Source: Podarcis cretensis (taxonomy: Eukaryota). From it: a DNA stretch of 64,000 nucleotides. The stretch is taken from NCBI GenBank assembly GCA_951804945.1, contig OX638151.1, positions 47,120,001 through 47,184,000 on the forward strand, given 5' to 3'. The notes beneath the pieces were generated by a model. It was not told where the DNA came from. It worked only from the letters and a program-made list of their open reading frames with translations, and made no database searches. Each line of letters starts with the position of its first letter. The first letter of the stretch is position 1. Made by a program: the position numbers and the translations under genes. Shown in pieces: positions 1 through 12,910 of the stretch.

Positions 1-719
1 GCAAAAGCTAGGATGTATATGGAATCTGTCACCATCAACTATACATGCAAAACCAGGTGAGGGGAGAGGAAGAAGGGGAAATTGCTTTATAACTGTAGCT
101 CATGCAAGCAAAATAAAGGCAAGAGAGGCCTTGAATAAATCATCTAAATGAGATGCCTGCATACATTTCATTAATAAGGGGATATTTTATAGCCTCTATT
201 CCAGAGACTGAATTCATTGATAATCATCTCACAATCATTTATGGCAACATGATGATAAATGCTCCTGATTTTAAAGCTATTGATTTTCTGGCGAATGACT
301 GAACATATAGCTAGAAGCATACTGAAGATGATAAATCGGGTATCTTGATTAACATATTCAACACAAAATATATGGTCTACTTTCCCAGCAACAGATAGCT
401 TAGCATATATGCATTTTTTTAAAAAAATTCAGCAATTCCTCAATAAATTGGTAATACATTCCTGCATTGATACTGACAGTGTAGCCTTGAATATAAAATA
501 TAAATATTTATCTTTGCTGCTGAGACAGCATTTCTATCATCAACTGCTCTTTTCCATCACTTGCAAAAAATAAAAAAGTACAGTATTGGGCTTAATGGGG
601 AGTGGGAATCATGCGAGCAGTTGTAAAACATACAATGGAAGGTTTATGAAACATGTGATTTTAAAAGAACTATCATCCACTTTCTTTCTTGCATTAACTA
701 CATTCGCTCTTGAACAGAG

Positions 720-1060
720 ATTGCAGAAGGGACCCTCAAAGGCACTTAGTGTCTGCCTCCCATATCAGCTTCATGATGTCACATCTCTTGCTGACTTCAA
801 ATCCTTCTTCAAAACAAACCCTTTTCATGAAGCCTTTGGAACAACTTCCTTGTCCCCATGCCCTCCAGCAACTAAGCCTAAATACATATAGCTGAAAAAA
901 CAATATATTATTCCCTTGTCTACCCCTTGCCTTCATTTACTTCCCCTTGCTATGATGTCTCCCCTATATCTGTTATCTAGATAGTAAGACCCTCGGGGTA
1001 CAGACTTGCTCTTCATTCTTTTTCAAGCAGAGGGCACTATGCAAGTAACAAACTGTTTAC
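720..1060 (+). mobile_element. Old L2 3' end
   Basis: SLADFKSFFKTNPFHEAF-like terminus followed by the tagatagtaagaccctcggggtacagac L2-tail-like motif. Confidence 0.55.
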
Positions 1061-1435
1061 CTATTCATTTAGTGCCATTCATGTGTATGGTACAAGAGAC
1101 AGGTCCATAACAACAACAACACCTGGAGGTGAAATATCCAGATAGGCTGGACTGAGATAAAAATCATGAAATGTTTCAAAGGTATTATTAGTCAGTGCTG
1201 ATTTTGTCCTACAAAGCTTGATATAATCTGAGCACCCATATTACCAGGACTATCACTCTGAACAGAATTTTTCATGTCTGATAAGATTCTGTGGAGAAGC
1301 CTTGGTCAAAGTCTCCTTCATAACACACTATATCAGGTCTAGTTAACTTTCCTCGGCCCAAGGGCCACAATGAGTTGACAAGCACTCCATAATCTGCGTG
1401 TCAGCAGAAGGTATGGCCAATACACTCCGCTCACA

Positions 1436-1552
1436 TGCACACACACACACACATTCAACACACACACACAGGCAGGCAGGCAGGCAGGTATGCACACACA
1501 CTCGACGGGAAGAGATAAACAAGTGTGTATGTGTGTGCATGCACACACACAA
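1436..1552. repeat. (CA)n/(GGCA)n/(TG)n compound low-complexity tract
   Basis: Direct reading. Confidence 0.9.
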
Positions 1553-3529
1553 ACGATAGGTAGAGAGGGAATGGGACCTCCACACTGCATCACTGAGCTA
1601 CCAAGAGGGCTGACTAGATGACGAGGAGTGGTGGGAGGTAACAGCTGGGGAACCCTCAAGGGAACCCCCAAAAGAGAAAGGCTCAGAGCCCAAGCATTGG
1701 TGGTGGGACACCAAGGAGAGGTCAGGGGGAGAATGTAGGGAGGAATGGTTGGGTGCAAGAAGCAACAGGCTTTAGTGAGCAAGGAGAGCCTGTGACAGGG
1801 AGCAGCTCAGACTCAGAGGCTGAAGAAGACTAGAGGGGCAACAGGCTGGAGGAGATCCCAGGAGTCTGCCCTCCTCCTGTGACAAGCTCGCCTCCCCACT
1901 TGACTCCAAGGACATGTAGGGCGATGCATAGGGCGAAACAGAGATTACAGGTGCCTGATAAAGTTTGAGGCTGTGTGGGAAACAGAGACCTAGAGGAAGC
2001 AGAAGGTGGACACCATCAGTCCTGACAGGAGGTATTGCTGAGCTGTATGCCATTTTCTTGAAAAAAAGAATCAACTGCACTGCCAAACTCTGAGTCTTTT
2101 GTGCTGACCTGCATCTGAACCAGCTCTGACAGGTATTCACTTCCAGAAGTAGCATCACAGGGAACATGCAGATTTTGAATACATTTGTATTTAATTTGCC
2201 TAAATTGTATATTGGCTACAAATTAATCTTCATCTTAGAAACCAGTCGCAAACAGAACACTCCCTCTGGCTGCATCACTGCTGCATACTGGGCAAAACAC
2301 CAGCAGTGCAAATGTGCCAGCTTAAGTGCCAAATTGGCTCCACCAGAATGCTGGCACTGAGCTGGCCTCACCACTGCCTCACCCCTTACTCTCAGTACAC
2401 AGCAGAACACAGCCAGAGGGGTCTGGTGAACAGCACAGCCCCACCACACTGTCAGCTACTGCTAGATATGTGCTGAATTGCCACCAAGGTGGAATCTAGA
2501 CACATATAAAAACTCTTCTGAAAATGCTTTGTTTTAAAAGCCTTTTTAAAAATACATTGAATTTTCCATAAGGCTCACCATTGCCATCTAGTGTCACCTT
2601 GTATATTGCACTTAAAACACACTTAAAATGTTTTATTTGCAGCTGTATAGCTGAGTCCCAAAAATGCCCTGTCTCAAACCTACGCAAACTGACTGTTGGA
2701 AGTGCAATGATTTTAAGGACATTATACAAATAATAATAATAATAATGCTGCTTATACAGCAAAATAAAAGCATTAAACAAATAATGATTAAACATTAAAC
2801 AAATAAACTTAGCTGACAACACTGCACTTCTAATAGCTGGATGGGATTTAGAAAAGAGCACTCCAGGCAATCATCTCAGACGTAGCAAAAATGAAGTTAA
2901 TCCTCCAAGATCCAATCAACATCTCACACAACACAGTAACGGATAGCAGTTTAATAAACCCTGTTAAAAACTAGAAAACTTATATAGTTTACCGCATATT
3001 GAAAAGGCAAACCATCAGATTTTTTGGTGAAAAAAATAAACCACTAAAAGGCATGAATACAGAAGCTTAACAACAGAATGAGGAAAGTTATGACAAAGTT
3101 GAGGGACAGAAAAAAATCCCGAAAACTTCTGTAAAGTACCCAGTGGCATTTGGTACATTTTAGTACCTCAAATGCATTACAGAATTTTACAGACATTATA
3201 GCCAGATTCCATGTATTTGAGCCAAATTTCATAATTTTACCATAATATGAATAATTATTAAATCTGATCCTTAGCCACTATATAACCATGTTTGGCCAGG
3301 GAGAGCAGTATAAATCTTCTTACAAATTTCCTTGTTTGTGAATGCCAGATGTTCAGTATGTTATAGAAAGGCTATTTAACCAATTGGCTTTTTACAACTG
3401 TCTGGTTAAGATATTTTTTTTAATTGACTATTTAATTGACTTTTACTGTGATACAGAGTTTTGTATCTCTCCTGAACTGTTCTTGGTCGAGAAGAGATAA
3501 ATTAATTAAACAACAGTTTTCAAGCTTAC

Positions 3530-3544
3530 CTTCATCATAAATTT
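3530..3544 (-). CDS. RYR2: RYR2 microexon 5 (15 nt)
   Basis: ctccag|AAATTTATGATGAAG|gtaagc = KFMMK, identical to human RyR2 ~99-103 and in the correct order after exon 4. Confidence 0.95.
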
Positions 3545-4378
3545 CTGGAGTACCATGACGAAGAGGAAAAAGAGGAAAAACATTAAATATTATTGCTCAT
3601 CAGCACTTTTACAATAGGTTATTTTTTTCTCATTATAAAAACAACTTTGGAAAGTTGCATTTCTAGCACTATACTGAGTACTAGGGGAAAAAATAATGAC
3701 TTTTCAAATTTAGCTGGACAGGAATGTCTTCCACAGTATCAAAGATATTAAAATCACACATACATACAATGATTAATATCATGGAAAGACAAATGCACAA
3801 AAATGCGGTGATCCAGAACACTAGTAATTGGTCTGAACAGATCATAAATATGCAAAAACAAAAGTAAGGAGATTTTAAAACGAATCACTAATAACTCATG
3901 CACAATAATTCCAAAAATTTGTATCAGTGCACACATGCAGCTCTCCAGTGGAGTTGTGTGTATCCTGAAAAATCTATTTTTTCATCTAGATTTTAAATAT
4001 CACTGTATCAGAACATGTAAAATATTCTAAATTATTTGCAAAAAATCTGTAACTGATTTCTGTGAGTTATCATAGGAACCAGTGAATATTTCAGAAGGTT
4101 TGTAAATATTCCTCGGTGCTCATGGCTGCCACCAAACAGCAAACACAAGTCAGTGAACCTATTTTCTTTTATAATTCATTGGTAATGTAATGACCGTGAC
4201 ACTCAATGGCCTGCCAAATTGCTTCCTATGATCAATGGGATATAATCATAAAATGAAAGAGGTGCCCATCAAAATTATTTTGTTGCTTATCTAATACTTC
4301 TGATGCCAACAAAATAACACAGATAAAAACGTACACTTACCCGTGAGGTTTGGATCTATCCTTTCCACAGGGCATGAT

Positions 4379-4392
4379 CCAGCAGATGGCGC
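4379..4392 (+). promoter_or_regulatory. Consensus CTCF core motif
   Basis: CCAGCAGATGGCGC fits CCASYAGRKGGCRS exactly. Confidence 0.5.
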
Positions 4393-4789
4393 AAACTCAG
4401 CTGAGTCCTGCAGGCAGGACATCAAAGCTGACTCACACCTTTTCCTTAACTAGGATAGGTTCCAAGCACTTGCCAGTATCCTCAGGTAGGAAGACAACTG
4501 GGAAATTGGGAGCATGAACCTCCCACTAGACCAGAGGTTCTTGATAATAAACTTTTGAAGTCCTGCCTACGGCATCCATCTGATAAGGCACCTTTACTCT
4601 GTTGAACCATACACCTGGGGAGAGGATACGATAACTATTTTTGTATATGAAAGATTGTGACATGCTTAAAATAAGGAGGGAAGGGGTTCACCAAATACTG
4701 TAAATTATGCTAATTCATTATAAGGGGCCCAGAAACTTCAGCTGATACGGAATGTGGCAGGTTCTGTGCTTGTGGGGCTAGGCAGTCTA

Positions 4790-5260
4790 GGCACATTGCA
4801 AGCATTCTGCACTGGCTACCAGTGTGTTTCCAAACCCAATTCAAAGTGCCAGTCTTGGCCTTTAAAGTCTTTAAATTGTTTGGGGGCATGGTTATTTGAA
4901 GGACAACTTGCACCTGTATGAACCTGCCTGTGCCTTGATATCTGCATCAGAGGCCCTACCTGCTGACTCACATTTAAAATCAGTTAAATTCACAGAGTTG
5001 GAAGTGACCACAAGGGCCATCTAGTCCAACCCACTGCAGTGCAGGAATATTTTACCCAACATGGGGCTCTACCCGACATCCTGAGATTCAGATTCTCATA
5101 GCTAGACTGAGCTAGGCATGCACTAGGCATAAGGCCTTTTCAGTAGTGAACCACAGTCTGTGGAACTCCCTCCCAAAGGATTTACACTTGGCCCCTTCAT
5201 TTTGAGTATTCATAGAGGTTTCTTAAAAATAAAAAAAATCTCTAGTTCAAGTGCTTTTAA
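4790..5260 (+). mobile_element. Degraded L2-like fragment interrupted by a tRNA-derived SINE
   Basis: ctgcactggctaccagtg (LHWLPV) and gccttttcagtagtg...tggaactccctccc (AFSVV...WNSLP). Confidence 0.7.
4992..5114 (-). mobile_element. tRNA-derived SINE with CR1-type tail (same family as 55186-55322)
   Basis: Direct similarity to the 55.2 kb copy. Confidence 0.7.
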
Positions 5261-5786
5261 TTATTTTTACTATTTATTAAATTTGTAACCCAAAGGAGTT
5301 AGAACTCCCTAAGGAGTCCAGGGCAGCTATCAACTGAAAAAGCAATATAATTAAAAAATACATTTTAAAACAACCACATACGCACATAACTTTTAATTTC
5401 AAGATTGATTGGAACAGTATCTTTTAGCCATCAAGTTCCTGGACAAACAGGTATGTTTTAAAATTCCTTCTTTAAGTTAATAATGAGGGAGGTGGAGACA
5501 GAATGAACTTTTGTGGGACCCCCACAGCCCAAAAGCTACAGGACCAAATAAAACTTTCCTAGTAATACTTTCTGGTAATTACTCTGCTGATAAGAGTAAA
5601 GTCTTCATAATACAGCCCCTCCAACTCCAACCCCACAGAGTTCCAGAAGGACACCACAGTATGGTGTCAAAAGCCATTGGGAGTTCAAGAAGAACCAACA
5701 AAGTCACACTATGCCTGTTTCTCTCCCTTGATCAAAGTTAACAGGGCTTTTTCACTACTAACACCTAGCCTGAAACAAGTCTAGAT

Positions 5787-5919
5787 GAAGGTTACCAGAT
5801 TTTTTTCTATGCATCCAGGGACACTTTTCAACTTCAGTTGAAGGGGATGGATTTTGTCAGGGGATTGATCTGTAAATCCGGGGACTGTCCCTGGGAAACG
5901 GGGACATCTGGTAACCTTA
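5787..5919. mobile_element. hAT-type MITE
   Basis: TIR aaggttaccagat/atctggtaacctt; perfect 8-bp TSD gtctagat. Confidence 0.88.
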
Positions 5920-8453
5920 GTCTAGATAGGCTGCTTCCTCCAGCACACCTGCAGCTGATTAGCTACCATTGTCTTGATTACCTCGTGCAAAAAAAGGAAT
6001 AACAGAGATTGGACGGTTATTTTCTAAAAATTTCTGGATCCAGGGAAGACATATTTAAGAGTGGCTGCATCTCTTTCAAGGCAGCTAGTGTAACTTCCTT
6101 ATGTAGTGAAGCATTAACCTGTCCCTGCACCCATCTAGTCAATCCCTTCGTCCTCCTAGATTTTATCAGCCATGAAGAGTACAGATCTAAAGGACACAAA
6201 TTAGCCTCACTGCTACAAAGGCCATGTCCATATTCTCAGGCTGCAACAATGTGAACTTATTCCGCAGGCAATTACTAGATGATGCTTCAGGAACTTCTAA
6301 CAGACCTGAACTAATTGCAGCATAAAGTTTGACACAACTGCAATTGGACCTGCCACAAGGAAAAGAATCTGTTTTTTCTCCACTCCCCCAGCCAGTTCTG
6401 TCACAGGTGAACTAAACTAAATGACACCTACATACATCAACACAAGGCCTGCTCCAGGAACAAAATGAAGGAACCTGGAAAATCCATTAAACTAGTCAAA
6501 GAATCACATGCTCAGTAACAACTCCAGAAAAATATAGAATACGGCTTATGTAGATGCTTCCGTATGTTTAACATCTCCCACCATTCTGTAGTAAAGCCTA
6601 ACAATACATTTGGCCACCTTATGTTATGGATGCTACAGCTGGCAGAAGGCACTGATTTGTTACACTGCTTGCTCCCTTGATAACCAGACGAGACGTAAAC
6701 AGCACAAAACACTGGTTGGGAGACCTGCATATGTATTTTGCTCTACACTTGGCACTCTCTCATTTGGACCTGCCAGTGCTAAAGTTTTAGCAAGATTATT
6801 AAGGGCAGTCATCCTAAATTAGATACAAATATGAAATGAGAAATGTTAGGGGCAAGAGGGTGCAGAGACAGTATGTAATTTGTTGTTTTAATTCTATATG
6901 TTTACAGTACGGTATCTAGAAAACAGTATCATTTCAATATTGTTGAACAATATAATTGTAGACTGCTCAAATCTCAAATCTCAAGCATTTGGAAACATTT
7001 CAAAGAAGTACCCATCATTTTGTTAATTTAATATTCACTGAATTAATGTACACAATAGTCATAAAATACAATAATATTAGAAATCAGAATATAGTTCTTT
7101 TCCAAAGAGAAATTAATACCATTAAGAAGTATTAGGGTTCTGTCTAACTTAGTCTCATTGAGAGCAGACACATTTAAACTGATGAACCCAAGTTAGTCAT
7201 GTTTATTATCATCAGCGGGTCTATTTTTATTAGGCCTAGCACTGGATACAACCCTAGGTTTCTAAATGAAAAGGAATTCAATTGGGTATATAAGAGCCCG
7301 ATACTTCTGCTACCTAATTTACACTGTGTAGTAAACAAGTTTTCTGGGTTGGATTACAGTGTGATCCTTATTTTGCTAGTCCATGATTTAGGACAGTTTA
7401 ATTTTTAGTTACTCAAGTTTCTGAAAAGGGATACAAATATTTGGGGGAACATTTTTACCATATGGCTGGCAAAGCCACAGCTAAGGTGCTGAAATGTGAG
7501 AAATATAGTATAGTTCTTTCTTGAATTCTTGTAAAATCATTATTATACTAATGCATTTATTTTTTAAAATATGGGTTTATAACTCATTATAGAGAAGACA
7601 ATGAAAGTAATTTGAGGGAAGAAACTAAAGACACAGCAATCTGCACAATTAGCAAATAAAAATTAGAATCACGTAGACATGCAAACATAGACTTTTCAAA
7701 AGTAGATACCTCTGGAATAATGCAAATAGACTTTCAGTGCCAACATCTCACTATATAAAATAAACTTAGACATGCTCAAGAGATTCTATACACAGAAAAT
7801 ACATTACTTGCATGCCTAGATTTCTACATACAAATGCGATATTAACACACACAAATGGAAGACATATTGTCAAAGGTTTCCAATCCCAATAGCTCGCAGA
7901 AATTCATTACATATCAATGCACAGATTTAATTCAGAATTAGAAGAATAAAATGAGATTGGGCAAGATATATGTAGTGATTTGTTTTCTATAAATTCTCTG
8001 ACATCTGTTCATTACCTTGAAAGGCTTAATACACACTATTTTATAAATAAAACAATACATCAGTTATAAACACAGAGGAAACATTATGGTATTCACATGC
8101 ATTATTCACTTAAGATGTGTTCAGACAAATGTCACAAATAATGACAGATTTAAAGGACATACATTTACAGGATGAAATTGCAAGGCTCAAAACTACAAGG
8201 AAGAATCCCTTTAAAAAAAAATTTTACTAAACAAGGATGAATTAGAATGTATTTTATTAGTCGTATTTTAAGAAGTTGGGGAACTATTTCAAGAACTCAA
8301 CAGTCCCAGCTATCATTATTAAAGAAGTTTTTAAAAAAATTGTTTTGAGCTAAGCAAATTAGTGTTGTGGTACAGACAGAATACAAAAAACAGACAATTT
8401 AGACTCTGTGATAGACAAAGGATTATTTTGGGTCAAGAGAGTCAAGCACATAC

Positions 8454-8474
8454 CCATTTTTCCACATCAACTAG
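8454..8474 (-). CDS. RYR2: RYR2 microexon 4 (21 nt)
   Basis: Long U/C tract, then ctacag|CTAGTTGATGTGGAAAAATGG|gtatgt = LVDVEKW (human QVDVEKW). This segment distinguishes RYR2 from RYR1. Confidence 0.95.
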
Positions 8475-9104
8475 CTGTAGGGAGAAAAAACAAAACAAAA
8501 ATGAGTTCCTTACTAAATATGGTATTTTGCAATTTAGCACTCACATTTTGATAGAAATACCGTTAATAAGAATGGTTATCACAAGGGCATGGTTTCCAAA
8601 CCCATTTCTCACAAATGCTTGTGGGGGGAATTAAACGTTGCACTGAGATGATCATTCTGTCAGGGCAAATATTTTGACATGCCAAGCAGGATGATCACCC
8701 TTCCTCCTCCACACTCTGTTCCGGAGGGTTCTCCCAATCCCTCCAAAGGCACATTGGGAGCCAGAAAGGTGGCAAAGCCCCAGTGCAGAAGCAGAAGTCC
8801 TTCCACTCACAGTTTAATCCTGCCCAGTAGCCATATGTTATTTGTACTGAAATTAAATGCATGTTGTTTTTCATTCTTTTAATAATTTACATGCTGATTA
8901 ATATAACAAAATCTCTAAGCGCTTCCTACAAATCACAAGCAAAAAATCACAAGCAAAAAAGTCAGGACATGATTTCAAAATTCAATAAAAATCCAGCAAA
9001 ACATTAAGCAAACATTTTTGCATCAGTATCATCACTAAGCAGACTGATTTGGTCAGTAATTGGTAACACAGTATAAACATAGTATCAGTCCAGGCTGTGT
9101 CTTG

Positions 9105-9109
9105 TTGCG

Positions 9110-9147
<38 letters not shown>
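9105..9147. repeat. (GTT)n microsatellite
   Basis: Direct reading. Confidence 0.95.
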
Positions 9148-11594
9148 AAGTTTTAGTTAGAACTCTTTCTGCAAAAGTTGGATCCACTTAGGGTTCAGAC
9201 TTCATTATTAGTTGCATTCATTAGCTGTCACTCCATTGCAGTTCTGCAAATCTGTTTCAGCAGTAAGAAACATCTTCTAAACTGTACACAATAAACTGAA
9301 CTCAAAATTCCTATTTTAAAAAAATTAGCGGTACTTAAAGTACTTTCACCCACACATGCGCCCAATTTTTCTTCTCACAATAAAGTCTGCATTCAAGAGG
9401 CCAAAGGAAATCCACACAGAAATGAGACTCTGAATGTAGTTTTGGCAGGAGCAGTGATATTTTTCAACCTGAGGTCTGCATTCCCTTATAAGGGGGCTGC
9501 ATTATCAGTGGTGGGCAGGGCCAGAGGCAAATGTGCACAGAGCAACAGTAGGCTACATTCCAGCCATGCAAAAGTCAAAAGGTTTCTACACACATCCCTC
9601 AATTCTTTATTCAGACAAGCACTGTATCATTACAGTTAAAGGGCATATTCCTCTCAGATGCCACGATATACAAATGCCTCAAGGTTCAATGCAATAATCA
9701 GGACATCTATCTAAACTGCCCTGATAGAACAATTATATTTTGGCTTTGCAAACATTTTTGCATGGCTTGTGTAGTAATCTTGCTCTCAAAGGGCTGCTCT
9801 AGCCTCCAACAGGTAATGTTCAGTACACTTTCACAGCAGTTTAATTTTGACAAGGAGGCACAAAAAAGTAGCATTCCAGATCCGAGCAGTGCATATGCCC
9901 TAGAAGCTGCATCCTAAAATAGTCTTCCCATAGTCCATAACACTGCTGGGATGATAGCTACACAGGGGGCAGGGTGTACCTGCCTTTTCCAAGGACGCTT
10001 GGATACAGGTGTCACCCCTTCCCCATTAAGAAACTTCATGGCACAATAATGGCAACAACAAAACTGTACTTCACAGAACTTGATTTTTCCCCCTAGAGTA
10101 AATATTTCATGTGTATACATATCAGGCTTATATATTTTCCCTTTTTTTATTCATTTCCTATGAGCTATTACAGATGCAATCTCAGGTGTAAAACCAACTC
10201 TGCCAGCAAATTTTATATTGCAACTGAAAGATGTAGATCTGTTTACATAGCCTGAGGTTTTATTTTCTGTAATAGAGGCATGCAATTTATCTTTCCATTT
10301 ATAATCAAAGTTCAGATCCAGCCATATTAAGATAGAGCCTATATTTTGCTTACAAAATTGCTTTATCCTAAGAACTCAGAAAGCTGCACATACTTTTTCA
10401 GCATCATATCCCACATATGAGGCACAGAAAAAGTTCTTGTTACCCTACAGCTTATTTTCCAAAACTTTAAGTATCATATATTATTTCCTTCATTCAGTTC
10501 CTTCCATTATAACTCTTCCTCTCCTGAAAAACTGGCACTTCTTACAGGATAGTGGCACTTCTTACAGGTGGGGATTGAGGAAACAAGACAAGGGACAATA
10601 CTCAGTGTACTAATAAACCCTAAAAATGGGGTGGGTGAAGAGGAGACAAAGCTTCCAGCAGGAAATTGGACAAGGACATGGTTTCTTGCTCACTCTAATT
10701 AATAGTATTCTTTATGATAGATTTGAAAAGGAAAGTGTCTTCATGGATTGTGCACATAAGCCATTTGCATTTTATCCTTTATATTAACTGAAAGAATGCT
10801 TCTACAGATTTGTGCAGTGTATTTTAGTACTTTATGTCAGCTTTGATCTAAATAAGGCCAGACAGTTGGATATACAAGCAACATGCTAAGCACAAGATTC
10901 TGGTACAAATCACAGTAGAACAGATTTATATAATTAAGTATGACAGGGTTTATGGCCAATCCATCATACAAATCTTTTCTGATTACATTTTGGTTATAAG
11001 ATATTAAACAGAAACTGTTTAGACTCCAAAATATTAGTTTAAAGAAAGATGAGATGATGCAGTTGCTGTCATGTGGTAGTTCACGTGAGACAGATCAAGC
11101 GCAGGACTTTAAAGAGGTAACATGCCCATTTGCTTCTGCTGCAGCTGAGGAAATCCATCTTTTATCGCAATTAGTATTAGAACACAGGGATGAGCTCTTA
11201 GCATGCTACACAAAGACACCCAAGAAACTGTAGTAACCAGGACATCATAGTAAAAACAAACTGACAACTTGCTTTTCTATAACTGCATCTCAAAATTTGC
11301 AATTACAGTATATTTTTTCTTTAAAAAAACAACAACAATGAACAAATAAGCCACCAATGGTAAAATAACAAAATCTTCCTGAAATATTTGAATCCCCTCC
11401 CCTAAACATGTGCTGCCTGCAAATGGGATAGCAATGTGGGGAGGTCATATTTAATTAGCCCCATAGCAAAGTGCCTAGTGAAACTAGACACATATTCTCA
11501 TCCTTTCAGCTCAGTTCTCTGACTTTCACCATGAAGTCCTCCAAGCATCAGAATCTTAGCTCTTTCATACTTTTGTTAATTTTCCTGGAGGGAT

Positions 11595-11625
11595 TTTATT
11601 TTATTTTATTTTATTTTATTTTATT
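11595..11625. repeat. (TTTTA)n
   Basis: Direct reading. Confidence 0.9.
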
Positions 11626-12332
11626 GAGGCATTTGTGATCATTGTTCTCAATCCAGCTTTTAGATCGGTTTTAACAGATACTGAGTTATTATAATTAGGG
11701 ATATCACTGAAGTTTGCCATGTGCAGTCCTAAAAGCTGGGCACTCCTATTGGTAGTGGGAGGGAGAAGCATTCAAAACAGGACCCTCAAATATATAAGCA
11801 TCCTTCTTCAAATAACTACAAGAAGATTCCAGGCTAGCACAGTTCATATCAAGCACATCCGTTTACCTTTGTCTTGTAAGCTGGTTTTGTACATACACAC
11901 ACCTCTCTCTCTCTTCCATTCAGGCAAACAAGAAGCATTATTAGGGTCCAACGGCACATTCTAGCCAAGCAAAAACACTCAAGGGGTATGTGAAGAAGGT
12001 ATTGGAGCAAGTATGACCTGAGTAAAGTCCCAAGGGTCAGATCGACAGCATTTGCACCCCAGAACTGTGGTTCTCCACCACTAAGATAAGGCAAATTCGG
12101 GCAAAAAAAGGAGCACCCTGGACAGCTCAAGGTAAATATCAGATTAGTTAGGAAGCTAGAGCAGCTTCGAAATCCCCATGACACAGAGCTCCACAAGACC
12201 CATAGCTGATTGTGAAGCTTTGGGTCAGCTGTTCACCAAAGCTTTGCCCACACAGTTTCATTTAATTGATTTCAAGGCAAGTAAGGAACATTGACAACAA
12301 GTTAGATTTTATTTATAAAGGATCTAACCAAT

Positions 12333-12449
12333 CCTGCTGCCGCTGCACGATTTCTGTTCTCATCCTGAAGCAAAGTTCTTAACCCAAGGTAATATTTCTG
12401 GGTTAGCAGAATCTGTAACCTGAAGCATCTGTAACCCGAGGTACCACTG
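12333..12449. mobile_element. Half copy of the same MITE (orientation as 15757)
   Basis: Aligns to ~15860-15998; only one TIR. Confidence 0.85.
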
Positions 12450-12474
12450 TATTTCCTTCCTACTGCTTTTAATC

Positions 12475-12910
12475 TACGGGACCGCCTCTCCTGGTTTGTC
12501 CCACAGAGGAACTTACGGTCTACAAATAAAAACATCTTGAAGATCCCAGGCCACAGAGAGGTTAGGCTGGCCTCAACTAGAGCCAGGGCCTTCTCAGCCG
12601 TGGCTCCAATCTGGTGGAATGCTCTGTCACAAGAGACTAGGGCCCTGCGGGACTTGACATCTTTCCGCAGGGCCTGCAAGACAGAGCTGTTCCACCAGGC
12701 CTTTGGTCAGGGCACAGCCTGACCCCCCTCCTCTGGCAATCTGCACAGAATTTTGCTTAATGGTTGCCATCAATTTGATTTTAATTAATTTTTATAATGA
12801 AATGTTTTTAGAATCGTTGGATTATTTTGATTGTTGTTAGCCGCCCTGAGCCCAGCTTTGGCTGGGGAGGGCAGGATATAAATAAAATTTATTATTATTA
12901 TTTATTATTA
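12475..12910 (+). mobile_element. L2/CR1-group LINE 3' end
   Basis: RAFSAVAPIWWNAL...FRRACKTELFHQAF ORF2 C-terminus, 3' UTR, (tta)n tail. Confidence 0.85.

Noticed and set aside
1339-2167. ORFs of 131-147 aa and a possible solo LTR (tgtcag...ctgaca, ~1399-2027)
   Set aside because: The ORFs arise from microsatellite and GC bias. The LTR-like ends lack a matching TSD, so I cannot support the call.
1-3500. Search for RYR2 exon 6 (TAQGGGHRTLLYGHAILLRH)
   Set aside because: Not found on the minus strand; it presumably lies left of the window.
3530-3544. Reading the microexon as EIYDE in frame with the 4341-4407 segment, as part of an unknown gene
   Set aside because: The phase-0 reading KFMMK matches RYR2 exactly.
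10533-10568. Short two-copy repeats (also ~8930, ~19783, ~36456, ~53991) as a CRISPR-like or regulatory array
   Set aside because: Isolated slippage duplications in eukaryotic intron DNA, with no repeat-spacer periodicity.
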